DNA from: Oligoflexales bacterium
GTDB lineage: Bacteria; Bdellovibrionota_B; Oligoflexia; Oligoflexales; CAIYRB01
Length of the DNA: 45,318 nt
Direction of reading: 5' to 3'
NCBI GenBank assembly: GCA_041736175.1
Contig: JBGSUI010000149.1
Span: 1 to 45,318, forward strand
The notes beneath the pieces were generated by a model. That model did no database searches. It was not told the DNA's origin and worked only from the letters and a program-made list of their open reading frames with translations. Positions 27,384 to 37,204 of this stretch are shown here, piece after piece; the first letter of the stretch is position 1; every line of letters starts with the position of its first letter. The translations under genes were made by a program, and so were the position numbers.

Positions 27384-29327
27384 TTAAGGTGAAAAATTCT
27401 TTAGCTGGTCCGTATAAACCGAGCCAGATCTTACGTAATTATTCCCCAGGTAAACAAAGAGACCCCATAAAATGAGCAGCATAAGGCCGCCTACTAAAAT
27501 CATAGGTGCTACCACCTGGACCCAGCCATGGGCCTGGTTGCCTTCGAATGATTCTTTAATCCCCTTAAGAGCATCCCGTCCAAGCTCCTTTGAGCGACCT
27601 AAGGTGCGGCTCATGCTTCCCAGATCTTGGGAGTGGGAGGAATTTAGCAGATTTCTGTCGGTTTCAGGGGGGGGGGTAAGAGGAGAGTCCTTTAGGGATT
27701 CTTGTTTGCTTTGGGCTTCGCGGGCGTCGTATGCTTCGTAGGTTTCTGGAGGATCAGAGAGATCGTCGGTGGCGAGTAGGCTAACCTCCGGGACCTTAGC
27801 TTCGGCGGGATCGAGCCAGCCCTTGTAGACAAGAGGTTGGGCAAGGGTTTTAATCATCCAGCGGGCGAGTTGTTTAGATTCATGGGCAGAAAGATCCGAA
27901 AAAAGTCCATGGTAGGTCCATACTTGTTTTGAAAGGCTGGCTTGGGGGTTTATCTGCAACCCAGTGGCTGGCCCAAGGGCCTCTTCCGATGTCACTTTAA
28001 TAAGGGGGGAGCGCTTAAGAATGGTCGAGAGATCAGCCGATTTTAGTCGCAGCATGGTAAAAGCTCCCAGAGAGTCCTCAGTAGTCCATTCGACTTGGCT
28101 AGGATGAATGGAGGTGATATGACCACCAATCACCAGACTTGCAAAGGACCGACTATCGTCCGCTGAAAGGTGATAGAGGGTAGTCACTGGAGTCGTCGGA
28201 TCGGCATGGGGTTCTTGGGGGAGAATATGAGTATCGATCCAGTGGGGTAAAAATTCGGGGTCAGGGATCACCTCCCAGCTAAAAACAAGGCGGTTTAGGT
28301 AAAAAGCATAAAGGGGAGACTTGGTGATTGCAGTCAGTGTTTCGCCCGGTGATCCCATCAGCAGGAACTTGCAGGGAAGGGGCGCCTGTTTAAGGCTCTC
28401 CCAGAGGGTTTCTCCCCCTTGGTCGAGAGCTAGATCCAGATCCATGATTAAAAGCTGTGGACTGAAATAGTGTGGTTCTGACTTGAGGCTATGGCGCTGC
28501 AGCGCAGTCGTCACTAGAAACCTTGGATGTTTAAGTAGCTGCAAGACCTTGGTGCGAAGGGGTGACTGGGTCATGGCAATATAGATGCGACGCTGGGGGG
28601 AGAGGGTGTGAGCTTGTAGGTGTTGCCAAAAGGCGGTTAATTTTTGACCCGAGTCAGGGGAGGCTTCCAGAGACTGCCAAAAGGCCACAAAGCCTGAGGA
28701 AAATCGGTAATTCAGTTCCTTGGAAAGCTTTTGTGTGATGGTGATCTTAAGGGCTCTCTGGCCCATGGATTCCGCGAGTTTTCCAAGGAGCAGGTAAGAT
28801 TTACCGGGCTGTGGATTAAGGCGGCTTTCGACTTTAATATGGCTCTTGTTGACTCCCGTGATTCTACAGGGGAGTAGGATTTTGGCGGGGCGGCCTATGG
28901 CCAGCCGTACCGGCTCATGGGGAATTTCTACGGGGCGAAGGGCGGTGGCGTAGCGAAATCTGGTGATAAAAGGTTCAACTGCGAGATCTCCTTGGATCAC
29001 ATCACGGAAGTTTTGCCCGACACAAAAATTGTGCAAGGCGTGATCTTGGGTAAAACTAACCATAACCAATTTAGTGCCACTGAGATCGGGTATGGCCACC
29101 GTGCCAAGGATCAAGTCACGGATATCTTCTTGGGTGCCCAAGTCACTTAGGACGAGGATTCCAGGACGGGTCTTTTCAAGAGCGACCATCATATCGCCCA
29201 GGCTTAGAAAGCTTTGGACATCGTAGCCGGTCTGGGTGAGGGCTTCCGAGTAGTCTAAGATCGCTGGTGTCAGCTTCGGTGTCAGCCAGTACACAAGGCG
29301 TTTGCGATTTTTTGGTCCGTGAGCCAT
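27384..29327 (-). CDS. Hypothetical protein, possible degenerate receiver/PilZ-like domains, C-terminal TM anchor
   Basis: 647-aa ORF. Receiver-like stretches (RPGILVLSD, PQLLIMD), an acidic linker and a TM helix near the C-terminus. Confidence 0.6.
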   Translation of the reverse strand: MAHGPKNRKRLVYWLTPKLTPAILDYSEALTQTGYDVQSFLSLGDMMVALEKTRPGILVLSDLGTQEDIRDLILGTVAIPDLSGTKLVMVSFTQDHALHNFCVGQNFRDVIQGDLAVEPFITRFRYATALRPVEIPHEPVRLAIGRPAKILLPCRITGVNKSHIKVESRLNPQPGKSYLLLGKLAESMGQRALKITITQKLSKELNYRFSSGFVAFWQSLEASPDSGQKLTAFWQHLQAHTLSPQRRIYIAMTQSPLRTKVLQLLKHPRFLVTTALQRHSLKSEPHYFSPQLLIMDLDLALDQGGETLWESLKQAPLPCKFLLMGSPGETLTAITKSPLYAFYLNRLVFSWEVIPDPEFLPHWIDTHILPQEPHADPTTPVTTLYHLSADDSRSFASLVIGGHITSIHPSQVEWTTEDSLGAFTMLRLKSADLSTILKRSPLIKVTSEEALGPATGLQINPQASLSKQVWTYHGLFSDLSAHESKQLARWMIKTLAQPLVYKGWLDPAEAKVPEVSLLATDDLSDPPETYEAYDAREAQSKQESLKDSPLTPPPETDRNLLNSSHSQDLGSMSRTLGRSKELGRDALKGIKESFEGNQAHGWVQVVAPMILVGGLMLLILWGLFVYLGNNYVRSGSVYTDQLKNFSP

Positions 29328-29679
29328 AAAGTCTGATCCGCTATAGAGGTGTTGAAGGCAGGGGCCTCTCGCTCAGAAGGGTTGACCCCTTCGCCTCCTG
29401 TTTGCTATTTCGGATAGAATTAAGAGAAGGCTGAGTCGGAAAGATCGAGGGGTGATCCCATAAAGCTGTGGATTAGGTGATTGGTGATCCCATCTAACTA
29501 AATGTAACCACTATCAAAAGTCGACATTCTTAACAGAAATACGGGAGGGAGATTATTTGAGTCTTGGTAAAGAAGTGACGAAGGATCTTTGATAGTGTGG
29601 TAGGGAGGGAAACCAGGCTTGGTTTTTTTTGGCATGGCCTTGGGCCCAAGCAATATCGAGTCACAGGGGGATTGATCTG

Positions 29680-31896
29680 ATGGAAGTTCCAATGGGGTAT
29701 CATAGGACCATTCATACAAGTTTGAGAGGTCTAGCGGTCTCGGTAGGGTTGATTCTTGGGATAGGATTGGGAATGCTACCAAGCTCCTCTGCTTATGCCC
29801 TCAACTGTCAGCAGGTTCGCCAGCTTGTCAGCCATTACTTTAAGCTTCATTTCTATCATCATGAATTCAATGATGAGTTGAGCCGTCGCACCCTTGAAAA
29901 TTTCCTAAAAGCTTGGGATCCAGGAAAGGTTTACTTTTTAAAGAGCGATATCAAACAGCTTGAAGAAAGATACGCAACCAAGTTAGACGATGCGATTATG
30001 GATGCAGACTGTAAACCTATCGAAGAGGTGATCAAGCTCTACGGAAAAAGGTTTGAGGAGCGCCAAGCTACGATTCCCGGACTTATCAGTGGCAAGTATG
30101 ACTTTAAGGTCGATGAATATATGACGATCGATCGCAAGCGTCTTGATTATGCTAACTCTGTCGAAGAGTTGACCGAGAGACATCGGCAACGCATCAAGTT
30201 TCAGCTTCTCCAGCTCAAACTAACACTCTCTGACCTGGAGAAAGCTAAGGAAAAACTAGTCAAACGTTACCAGCTGGCTTCTAAGCGCCACAAGGAACTC
30301 ACCAGCGACGATGTCTATTCGACCTTTCTCAATGCATTCTCGTCAAGCCTCGATCCCCATTCGGATTATCTATCTGCGGATTCCCTCGAAGACTTTAGGA
30401 TTTCCACGCGGCTTTCCTTAGAAGGAATCGGCGCAGTCCTAAGGAGTGAAGATGGGTTTACTACGATCCAGAGTCTGGTACCTGGTGGTGCTGCTGCTAA
30501 TACAGGGAAGGTCAACGTAGACGACAAGATCATCGCGGTCGGTCAGGCCGCCGAAGCCCCGGTGGATGTGATCGATATGGATTTACGAGAGGTGGTCAAA
30601 CTGATTCGCGGAACCCGGAAAACCGAGGTTCGGCTGACTATTGTTCGGGAAGAAGCCGGTAAGACTGTGCAGCTTGTGGTCCCGATTATTCGCGAGCAAA
30701 TCCAGCTTAAGGACCGGGCTGCAAAATCCCAGGTGATCTCAGTAAAAGTAGAAGACCCCACTGCTGGTCCCCAAAAATCGAGGGAGTATCGAGTCGGGGT
30801 GATTGATCTTCCGTCCTTTTACATGGATTTTGAAGGAAGGCAGAATCGTGAAAAAGGATATAAGAGCAGCTCGGCAGATATGCGCCAAGAGATCAAAAAG
30901 TTAAAAAACGAAAAAGTAGATGCAATCGTGATCGACCTAAGGAGCAACGGGGGAGGGAGTCTTGATGAGTCCATCGATATTGCAGGTTTCTTTTTCGAAA
31001 AAGGCCCTGTCGTGCAGACAAAGGATACCCGAGGGTCTGTGATGGTACAAAAGGACGAGAATCCCGAAACTCTTTATAGCGGCCCACTCCTCGTCCTGAT
31101 CAATCGCCAGTCAGCAAGTGCCAGTGAGATTTTTGCAGGGGCTATCCAAGACTACCAGCGGGGAATTATCATCGGGGATTCCCATACTTTTGGTAAAGGC
31201 ACCGTCCAAACACTCAATGATCTAGATGAAACATTGGGAGCTGTGAAGGTGACGGTCAATAAGTTTTACCGGCCATCGGGTTCTTCCACCCAACTCAAAG
31301 GTGTCGAGAGTGATGTGGTGCTCCCAGACCTTATGGACGAATATGAGATCGGCGAAAAGCACTACGACTATGCGCTCCCTTGGGAAAAAATCAAAGCGAG
31401 CGATTATAAGGCGACGAGCCAAGTGAATCTACCGCTTATCAAAACCCTTAAGACCGCAAGTGAAACACGAGTGAAAACAGATCCTGCCTTTGCAAAGATC
31501 TTTGAATCAATCGAAGAATATCGCAAATCAGAAGAGTCCCGGTCCAAGGTCAGTCTTAAGGAAGATGTAGCTGCCAATAAAGTCGAAGATAAACTAAAGC
31601 CAGGTGACAAGAAAAAGGGCTCTGACAAGACTGCGGCAAAAGCTGGCAGCGACAAAAAGACCACTCCTCCGGAAACTCAGGATGAGGACTCTGACCGCGC
31701 ACCCCTCAAAGATGATCCCCAGCTCCAAGAGACCCTGCGTGTGGCTGGTGATTATCTACAAATTCTCAATAAAAGACCTCTTGGTCCGACGGTGATTCCG
31801 GGGCTAGTGCCCAGTCAGGTAGCCACGCAAGCACCGGCACCAAATCCACCTTCTAAGGACGCAAAAAAAGTCCAATCTCCTGCAGGGGCGCCCTAG
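29680..31896 (+). CDS. prc: Carboxy-terminal processing protease (S41A, Prc/Tsp)
   Basis: LDPHSDY, LEGIGAVL (PDZ), DLRSNGGGSL, SASASEIFAGAIQDY and TFGKGTVQ. Confidence 0.93.
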   Translation: MEVPMGYHRTIHTSLRGLAVSVGLILGIGLGMLPSSSAYALNCQQVRQLVSHYFKLHFYHHEFNDELSRRTLENFLKAWDPGKVYFLKSDIKQLEERYATKLDDAIMDADCKPIEEVIKLYGKRFEERQATIPGLISGKYDFKVDEYMTIDRKRLDYANSVEELTERHRQRIKFQLLQLKLTLSDLEKAKEKLVKRYQLASKRHKELTSDDVYSTFLNAFSSSLDPHSDYLSADSLEDFRISTRLSLEGIGAVLRSEDGFTTIQSLVPGGAAANTGKVNVDDKIIAVGQAAEAPVDVIDMDLREVVKLIRGTRKTEVRLTIVREEAGKTVQLVVPIIREQIQLKDRAAKSQVISVKVEDPTAGPQKSREYRVGVIDLPSFYMDFEGRQNREKGYKSSSADMRQEIKKLKNEKVDAIVIDLRSNGGGSLDESIDIAGFFFEKGPVVQTKDTRGSVMVQKDENPETLYSGPLLVLINRQSASASEIFAGAIQDYQRGIIIGDSHTFGKGTVQTLNDLDETLGAVKVTVNKFYRPSGSSTQLKGVESDVVLPDLMDEYEIGEKHYDYALPWEKIKASDYKATSQVNLPLIKTLKTASETRVKTDPAFAKIFESIEEYRKSEESRSKVSLKEDVAANKVEDKLKPGDKKKGSDKTAAKAGSDKKTTPPETQDEDSDRAPLKDDPQLQETLRVAGDYLQILNKRPLGPTVIPGLVPSQVATQAPAPNPPSKDAKKVQSPAGAP

Positions 31897-32039
31897 ATCC
31901 TAAGTGATGTCAATTGTTACGTCCGGTAATTTTGTGGGTAACAACATAGAATAACTGGACGATCCCTCGGGTTTGGAGTTTTACAGGCGATGCTCCGATA
32001 ACTCCCTTAGAAAGAACTGCTTAGTCCGGGGGGTAATCC

Positions 32040-32810
32040 ATGACTTTAGAAAATAAGTATAAGCCAAAGGTAGGTTTTGGGAATCGACGTGGGACTTGTT
32101 TTTTATGGGTGTTTAAATTCACTTTTTCGTACTTGGTCCTAAGCTGCACCACGGAGGGGCAACCGCCGAGTCTGAAAAGGCCAGACAGCCCTAGCACCAC
32201 AAAGACTGTTGCAGGACAGCCAAACCAGCAGGATGCCCGAGGGGGCCTATCGACTATTCCCTCCAGCGAGGATGAGGATATCGATGTGGGTGGGTATACA
32301 GAAAAAGAGACCACGTCTGCCAGTGTGAAATCAACGGATTCTACTGGAACGCAAACCTCGACGTCGACCTCTACTGCAAAGACTCCAGCACCGCCGCCTA
32401 AGGGGGTAGACGCCAGCGAGCGTCATGACGGTCAGATTACTTTTCAAAGTAGGTTGCAACCATTTAAAATGACCATCAGCTCTATGGTGAGGGGCAAGAC
32501 TGTAGCCACTAAGGAGTTTACCCTTGGCGACAGAGATAATGCTAAATTGACGGTCCCTGGACTGTGTGTAACATCAGGAAAGACCTGTCTTGTGGTGACT
32601 CTCAATGGGGGAGTGAGCCAAACTGCCGGTAAAGCTGCATGTGCAAAAGCAGAAGTTAAGGGGCCTACTTCCGTATTTATAAATTCAGATGTAGATGGTC
32701 CAGGAATCATTGGCAGTTGTTTTGAAGATGCTACTGATATGGAAGACGCCTTTACCATCACCTGCCCCAATAGCAGCGAAATGGTGATGGGGACCTGCGC
32801 CTCGGGTTAG
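32040..32810 (+). CDS. Hypothetical probable lipoprotein (Ser/Thr linker, Cys-rich C-terminal domain)
   Basis: LVLSC, low-complexity linker and 6 Cys in the C-terminal domain. Confidence 0.6.
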   Translation: MTLENKYKPKVGFGNRRGTCFLWVFKFTFSYLVLSCTTEGQPPSLKRPDSPSTTKTVAGQPNQQDARGGLSTIPSSEDEDIDVGGYTEKETTSASVKSTDSTGTQTSTSTSTAKTPAPPPKGVDASERHDGQITFQSRLQPFKMTISSMVRGKTVATKEFTLGDRDNAKLTVPGLCVTSGKTCLVVTLNGGVSQTAGKAACAKAEVKGPTSVFINSDVDGPGIIGSCFEDATDMEDAFTITCPNSSEMVMGTCASG

Positions 32811-32929
32811 TACGGTTTGCATCGGTTTTCCCGCAGCAAGACGGAACTTCCTCAGAACACACCGGAATTCGAACCGTTGTTCCAATTGATCGCTCGGCTG
32901 TGCGATGCCGTACATGACGCGGATACACT

Positions 32930-33346
32930 CTAGGCCCTCTTCTGGAGGTTTTCGAAAAGCCTTATTTCCTGCATCTTGAAATTGTCATGCAGCGCCGCTC
33001 TGATTTTTCGAACCGGGCACTGCGTCACATCGAGAATTGTCTCAAGATGCCTAAGAGTCGGAATACTGTCTCCATTCATCCACGAAAACAAGGTCTGCTT
33101 ACTCACGCCAAAGTCCGCTGCGAGCTGCACGATGCTTTTATCCTGGGCCTTGAGCACTCCCTCAATGAACTTGCCAAATGATAGATTGCGGGTACCATCA
33201 TATAGCAATTTGGCGTCTTTCGATGTCGATTTCTTCTTGGCCGATTTGACGCCTTCGCTGGCCTTTTTGGTCAGCAGGGCCGAACGCTTGTCCTTGAACA
33301 GGATTCCGTCATATTCCCAACCCTTGTTGGTCTTCTTAATTTCCAT
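32930..33346 (-). CDS. XRE-family HTH protein (probable antitoxin)
   Basis: SIVQLAADFGVSKQTLFSWMNGDSIP. Overlaps the upstream gene. Confidence 0.8.
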   Translation of the reverse strand: MEIKKTNKGWEYDGILFKDKRSALLTKKASEGVKSAKKKSTSKDAKLLYDGTRNLSFGKFIEGVLKAQDKSIVQLAADFGVSKQTLFSWMNGDSIPTLRHLETILDVTQCPVRKIRAALHDNFKMQEIRLFENLQKRA

Positions 33347-33581
33347 GTAGACGCCTCCATTCTTTGCCGATCCGGTTCTTTTGATCTCGAACGAGACCGA
33401 TGATCTCTTTGAGTTCAGCAGATCTCAAGGGTTTGCCGGATACATATTCGACTTCAAAGCTCGGCACAAAAACCCGGTATTCGCTTTCACCATCGCCTAC
33501 AGTGATGTGGCAGTGAATCGGCCTATGATCGTTAGGCCATACGTGGATAACATATCTGCCAATGCCGAAAATCCTGCTCAA
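33336..33581 (-). CDS. DUF4160-like small protein (probable toxin)
   Basis: IHVWPNDHRPIHCHI...EWRRLHG. TTG start at 33581 after GGGGAGG. Confidence 0.75.
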   Translation of the reverse strand: MSRIFGIGRYVIHVWPNDHRPIHCHITVGDGESEYRVFVPSFEVEYVSGKPLRSAELKEIIGLVRDQKNRIGKEWRRLHGN

Positions 33582-33607
33582 CGCTGCCTCCCCGTTCCAC
33601 AGCAGCA

Positions 33608-33653
33608 AGTATATTTCTCTTATCGGCAAAGTCAATTTATAACTTGATAAATT
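33608..33653 (-). promoter_or_regulatory. sigma70 promoter with adjoining inverted repeat
   Basis: TTGACT-N16-TATACT (33635-33608). IR AATTTAT-N6-ATAAATT at 33634-33653. Confidence 0.55.
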
Positions 33654-33840
33654 TCTGTAATATTCTATATTTCCATTAAGGTAGGGCGATAGGGTTTGGG
33701 TTTGGGTACCTGGGAGGTGCCCTTGAGGATATCGCGGGCCAGATGATAGGTTTCGCAATAGATTGGGGGGAGGTTGATCGTGGGGTTGGTTCCCTTTTGC
33801 GATCGATTTTACGGATAACTAACTATAGTTACTATATTTA

Positions 33841-33872
33841 ATATTTATCAACAGAAATTAGTTGATAAATAT
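33841..33872. repeat. Perfect 12-bp inverted repeat ATATTTATCAAC-N8-GTTGATAAATAT
   Basis: Read directly in the AT-rich divergent intergenic region. Confidence 0.85.
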
Positions 33873-33950
33873 AATTTTATTTGGTAAAACTTAGAAGTCT
33901 CGAAAATAAGTTACGGAACCAAGCCATACTAAACAAAATTTGGAGGACTT

Positions 33951-35930
33951 ATGAGTTTTTTAAAAGGACAAAATATCTTTTTGTCGGCATCATTAATCTC
34001 AGTGATTGGGAGCGCTAGCGCTGGCTGTGAAAGCAAAAAGAAAAAAGACGATTCCACGACTCCCATTGCAAACCAAACGGCAACTCTAGATACTACATTA
34101 TCGCCCATGACTTCGGTCGATAAAAACAAATTTAATTTTGTTATTAGTTCCAACGTCAAAGGGACAAAATTTAAATGCTCCGTCGTTCCCGAAGCCCAAA
34201 AGCAAACTTTGGTGACCAATTGGATCGATTGTCCGGAAAATTGGACGGTTGATATCGTCCCCGGTCAAACTTATATCGCAAGGGCAAAGGCCGTTGATGC
34301 CGCTGGCAAAGAAGACCAGCTACCGGCCGAATACCTGATTCAAGGTGCACCCCAAGCACCTGAACTCAAGCCACAAACCCAGGTCGAGGTTAAAACCTTA
34401 ATCCTCGACAAAGACAATATTGGTGATGAGATCAGCAAGACCGAACTCACCTTAGAGTTTGGTGCTGAGGCCCCTGGCATCGATCCTGCGGAAATTTCCT
34501 TTGAGTGTAAAACCCAGGCAGACCTTACTTTCAAACGTTGCCAATCAAAAGATCGTTACACTTTTTCGGATCTTAAGGACGGAAACTCCTACCGCCTGAC
34601 GGTCAAAGCGGTGGTCGCTGGACCTAACGCCAAGGCTAAGGTGATTGAAGACGAGATTCGTTTTAAAGTCAAACGAGTCGCACTCGAGCTGGGAGGGATT
34701 CAAAGCCTCTCTGCCAATCGCACTGGAAAACATATCATCCAGCTCCCTAAAAATGTGGGAGATCTCAAGTGCGGATTGACACGCCTTACGAGCCAAAACC
34801 TGACCAACCAGGAGCTCAAGGATTGTAGCAACACCTTTGAAGTCAACTTGGATACTCTGGAAAAAGGCAGTTACCAGCTTGTTGTTAAGAGCGAAGATGG
34901 TGCCGACAAAACCGTGAGCTTCTGCGCTCAGGTTTGCTCGGAGGCGGATCTTGGCCAGCAGCCAAACAGTGGTCAGGCAGGGCCGATTGGTGGTGGCGGC
35001 AGTGGTGGAATTGGCGGTGGCGGCGGTGTGATTGGCGGTGGCGGCGTGGTCGGAGGAGGGGGTGTGATTGGCGGTGGCGGTGTGGCCGCACCTTCTGTGC
35101 ATCAGGTCGGCTCCTTTTATGCCTACACAGTCCAGCCCGGTATGCATGTAACCCAATTTGCGACTACCAAAACGTTTAATAATACTCTGAACTTTTTTAG
35201 AATCGGTAATGACCCCTACTATATCGGCAACTATAGCTGTGACAGCATGGTGGACAGGAAAGTTGTCTGGCAATCTCCCAGTGGTCTCCCTTATGAATAC
35301 TGCAACTCAACCCCACGTCGAGATGACTGGAAGTTTCTGACCGAAGGGCGCTTAGCATATAACCACATAGAGGTTGCTACCGACCACACAATCGTGCAGA
35401 AAAACCCAGATGCCAATGAGAGAATTTTTATCAACGTGTTTGACCAAGACTATGAGTATATGTTTGAACGCAGCCGGTTTAGCTCTCTCTGTGCTGAAAA
35501 CGTCAATGCTCGAGGTCGCGTCACAAAAAGCCCGATGGTTCCCGTGATTGACTTCAACTACTGGGGTAACTTTACCAAGGCTTCGATCTTTGCTTGCTGG
35601 GGACAATTTGCTTCTGATGGTCCTGGGATTCCTACCCTCTCCAACGGTGGCTGGTGGATTGGCGCCTTCTATATCACCAGTAACGATGACCTGCCTGCCT
35701 ACGAGTGCTTTAAAAATGACTGGGCCTCTGATCGTGACCGTGCCTACACTGGCGACAACTACGGGCTTGTGTCTCCCCAATGGTGCGGATCTTACAAAAA
35801 CAAGTCATTGATTGAAGTTGTCTACATGACCCGGAAGCCCTTCCAACAAGACTACTTGTTTATGCAAGAACTCCAAACCAAGTTTAGAGGACTGCTCTTC
35901 GAACTTCGCCCACGGCAAAGTAACTACTGA
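33951..35930 (+). CDS. Lipoprotein with FN3/Ig-like repeats, Gly-rich linker and aromatic/Cys-rich C-terminal domain
   Basis: SAGC lipobox. Repeated F-x-C...C...G-x-Y-x4-KAV modules. GGGGVI repeats. Confidence 0.7.
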   Translation: MSFLKGQNIFLSASLISVIGSASAGCESKKKKDDSTTPIANQTATLDTTLSPMTSVDKNKFNFVISSNVKGTKFKCSVVPEAQKQTLVTNWIDCPENWTVDIVPGQTYIARAKAVDAAGKEDQLPAEYLIQGAPQAPELKPQTQVEVKTLILDKDNIGDEISKTELTLEFGAEAPGIDPAEISFECKTQADLTFKRCQSKDRYTFSDLKDGNSYRLTVKAVVAGPNAKAKVIEDEIRFKVKRVALELGGIQSLSANRTGKHIIQLPKNVGDLKCGLTRLTSQNLTNQELKDCSNTFEVNLDTLEKGSYQLVVKSEDGADKTVSFCAQVCSEADLGQQPNSGQAGPIGGGGSGGIGGGGGVIGGGGVVGGGGVIGGGGVAAPSVHQVGSFYAYTVQPGMHVTQFATTKTFNNTLNFFRIGNDPYYIGNYSCDSMVDRKVVWQSPSGLPYEYCNSTPRRDDWKFLTEGRLAYNHIEVATDHTIVQKNPDANERIFINVFDQDYEYMFERSRFSSLCAENVNARGRVTKSPMVPVIDFNYWGNFTKASIFACWGQFASDGPGIPTLSNGGWWIGAFYITSNDDLPAYECFKNDWASDRDRAYTGDNYGLVSPQWCGSYKNKSLIEVVYMTRKPFQQDYLFMQELQTKFRGLLFELRPRQSNY

Positions 35931-35936
35931 TACCAG

Positions 35937-35954
35937 GTGCCTCGAAAGGGGCAC
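35937..35954 (+). terminator. Hairpin GTGCCTC-GAAA-GGGGCAC after the gene end
   Basis: GNRA-loop stem 6 nt after the stop. No U-tract. Confidence 0.35.
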
Positions 35955-36086
35955 ATGATATAGATGAGTGATGATTTAGTATGGTTCCTCGTAAAACCCC
36001 TTCTTTCCCTTAACTGGTGAGAGAAGGGGAGTTTGCGTTTAAGAATAATTGGTTATAAGATATTGCAGATAGGAGGTCGAAATACC

Positions 36087-36383
36087 ATGAGCATTCTTAC
36101 AACAAAAAAAGGGGTTGTTCCTGATGAGGTGCTCTCTAGATATCGGACGGCTTGGCTATGGGATTTTTTATACCCTGATGTTCAACAGTTTGTCCAAGCG
36201 ATGTTTGCGGGGGATTTGAGAGCAGTGGCAAGGCTAGTTGAGGTTAACGGACTGTTGACAGCCAAAAAAATACTTGGTGAGTTGGTTCTGGAAAAATTTC
36301 ATGAATATAAGAAATTTATTCCACCTGTCCGCCGACGAGAAATGGAGACATTATGGGGAATTCTCAACCAGATGCAAAAATAG
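36087..36383 (+). CDS. Small partner protein of AbiEii-type nucleotidyltransferase (probable antitoxin)
   Basis: AGGAGG RBS, WLWDF motif, overlaps the downstream gene. Confidence 0.6.
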   Translation: MSILTTKKGVVPDEVLSRYRTAWLWDFLYPDVQQFVQAMFAGDLRAVARLVEVNGLLTAKKILGELVLEKFHEYKKFIPPVRRREMETLWGILNQMQK

Positions 36384-37111
36384 CGATCAAAACCCTACCA
36401 AGTGGTCTTCGCAAAGCTATCCAACATATATTCGACCAAAACATCGAAGGGGTCTCTTTGGTGGGGGGGACGGCCCTGTCTGGATATTATGCCGGACATC
36501 GGCAGTCTGATGATATCGACCTTTTTACTTTAAATGAGGACTCTCAGCAGGCCGCTATCTATGCTGTGGAGTCACTTGTGAAAATCGGTGCCACCTGTGA
36601 CAGAGTTCTCGTCAAAAGCAATCAATTCTACAAATCTATCTATATTCTTGATGGCCATACCTTTAGTGTGGATGTTGTATTAGATCCTGGTTTTTATGAA
36701 GTTGCGCAGCTGACATACTGCGGAGCCGTTAAAATAGCATCACTGATCGATTTGCTCTCTATGAAGATGGCGACGCTGGTAAGTAGATGTTCAGAAAAAG
36801 ACCTGTATGACCTGAAATGGCTTTTCCCAAAATTCAAACAAAAAACTTTAGAACAAAAGATTGAGCTAGGTTTTAAAATAGATCGCGGTGTGACCCTGGA
36901 TAGTTTGATTTTGGCCGTTGGTTCCACAAAATTAAAGGTAGAGGCGTGCGGATTTTGCCAACTTTTCAATAAATCTAAGGATGATGTTTATGGGGAGGTT
37001 GTGGCATTTAAGGACTTGCTGTTAAAAGATCTCATAGCTTTATCCGAAATAACCCCCTTAAATCCGGAGCTATCTCGTCTTATCACTCTTTTCAAGGGCT
37101 CCCTCAAGTAG
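36353..37111 (+). CDS. AbiEii/AbiGii-family nucleotidyltransferase toxin
   Basis: LVGGTALSGYYAGHRQSDDIDLF, MKMATLVSR and KDLYDL. Confidence 0.9.
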   Translation: MGNSQPDAKIAIKTLPSGLRKAIQHIFDQNIEGVSLVGGTALSGYYAGHRQSDDIDLFTLNEDSQQAAIYAVESLVKIGATCDRVLVKSNQFYKSIYILDGHTFSVDVVLDPGFYEVAQLTYCGAVKIASLIDLLSMKMATLVSRCSEKDLYDLKWLFPKFKQKTLEQKIELGFKIDRGVTLDSLILAVGSTKLKVEACGFCQLFNKSKDDVYGEVVAFKDLLLKDLIALSEITPLNPELSRLITLFKGSLK

Positions 37112-37204
37112 CTCCTGAAAGTATTATGTGGATTGAGGACCAAACAGATATAGAACATCAAAGTTCCAAAAGGGGGGGCATTTTCTAGCAAACATCTCTA
37201 AAAA

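Noticed and set aside
32685..32915. Short minus-strand ORF with an XRE-like start (FRCVLRKFRLAAGK)
   Set aside because: It runs antisense into the 32040-32810 gene and the similarity is too short. At most a remnant.
34545..35273. 242-aa antisense ORF and similar long antisense ORFs across the window
   Set aside because: They lie opposite well-supported genes, and their low complexity mirrors the sense-strand repeats.
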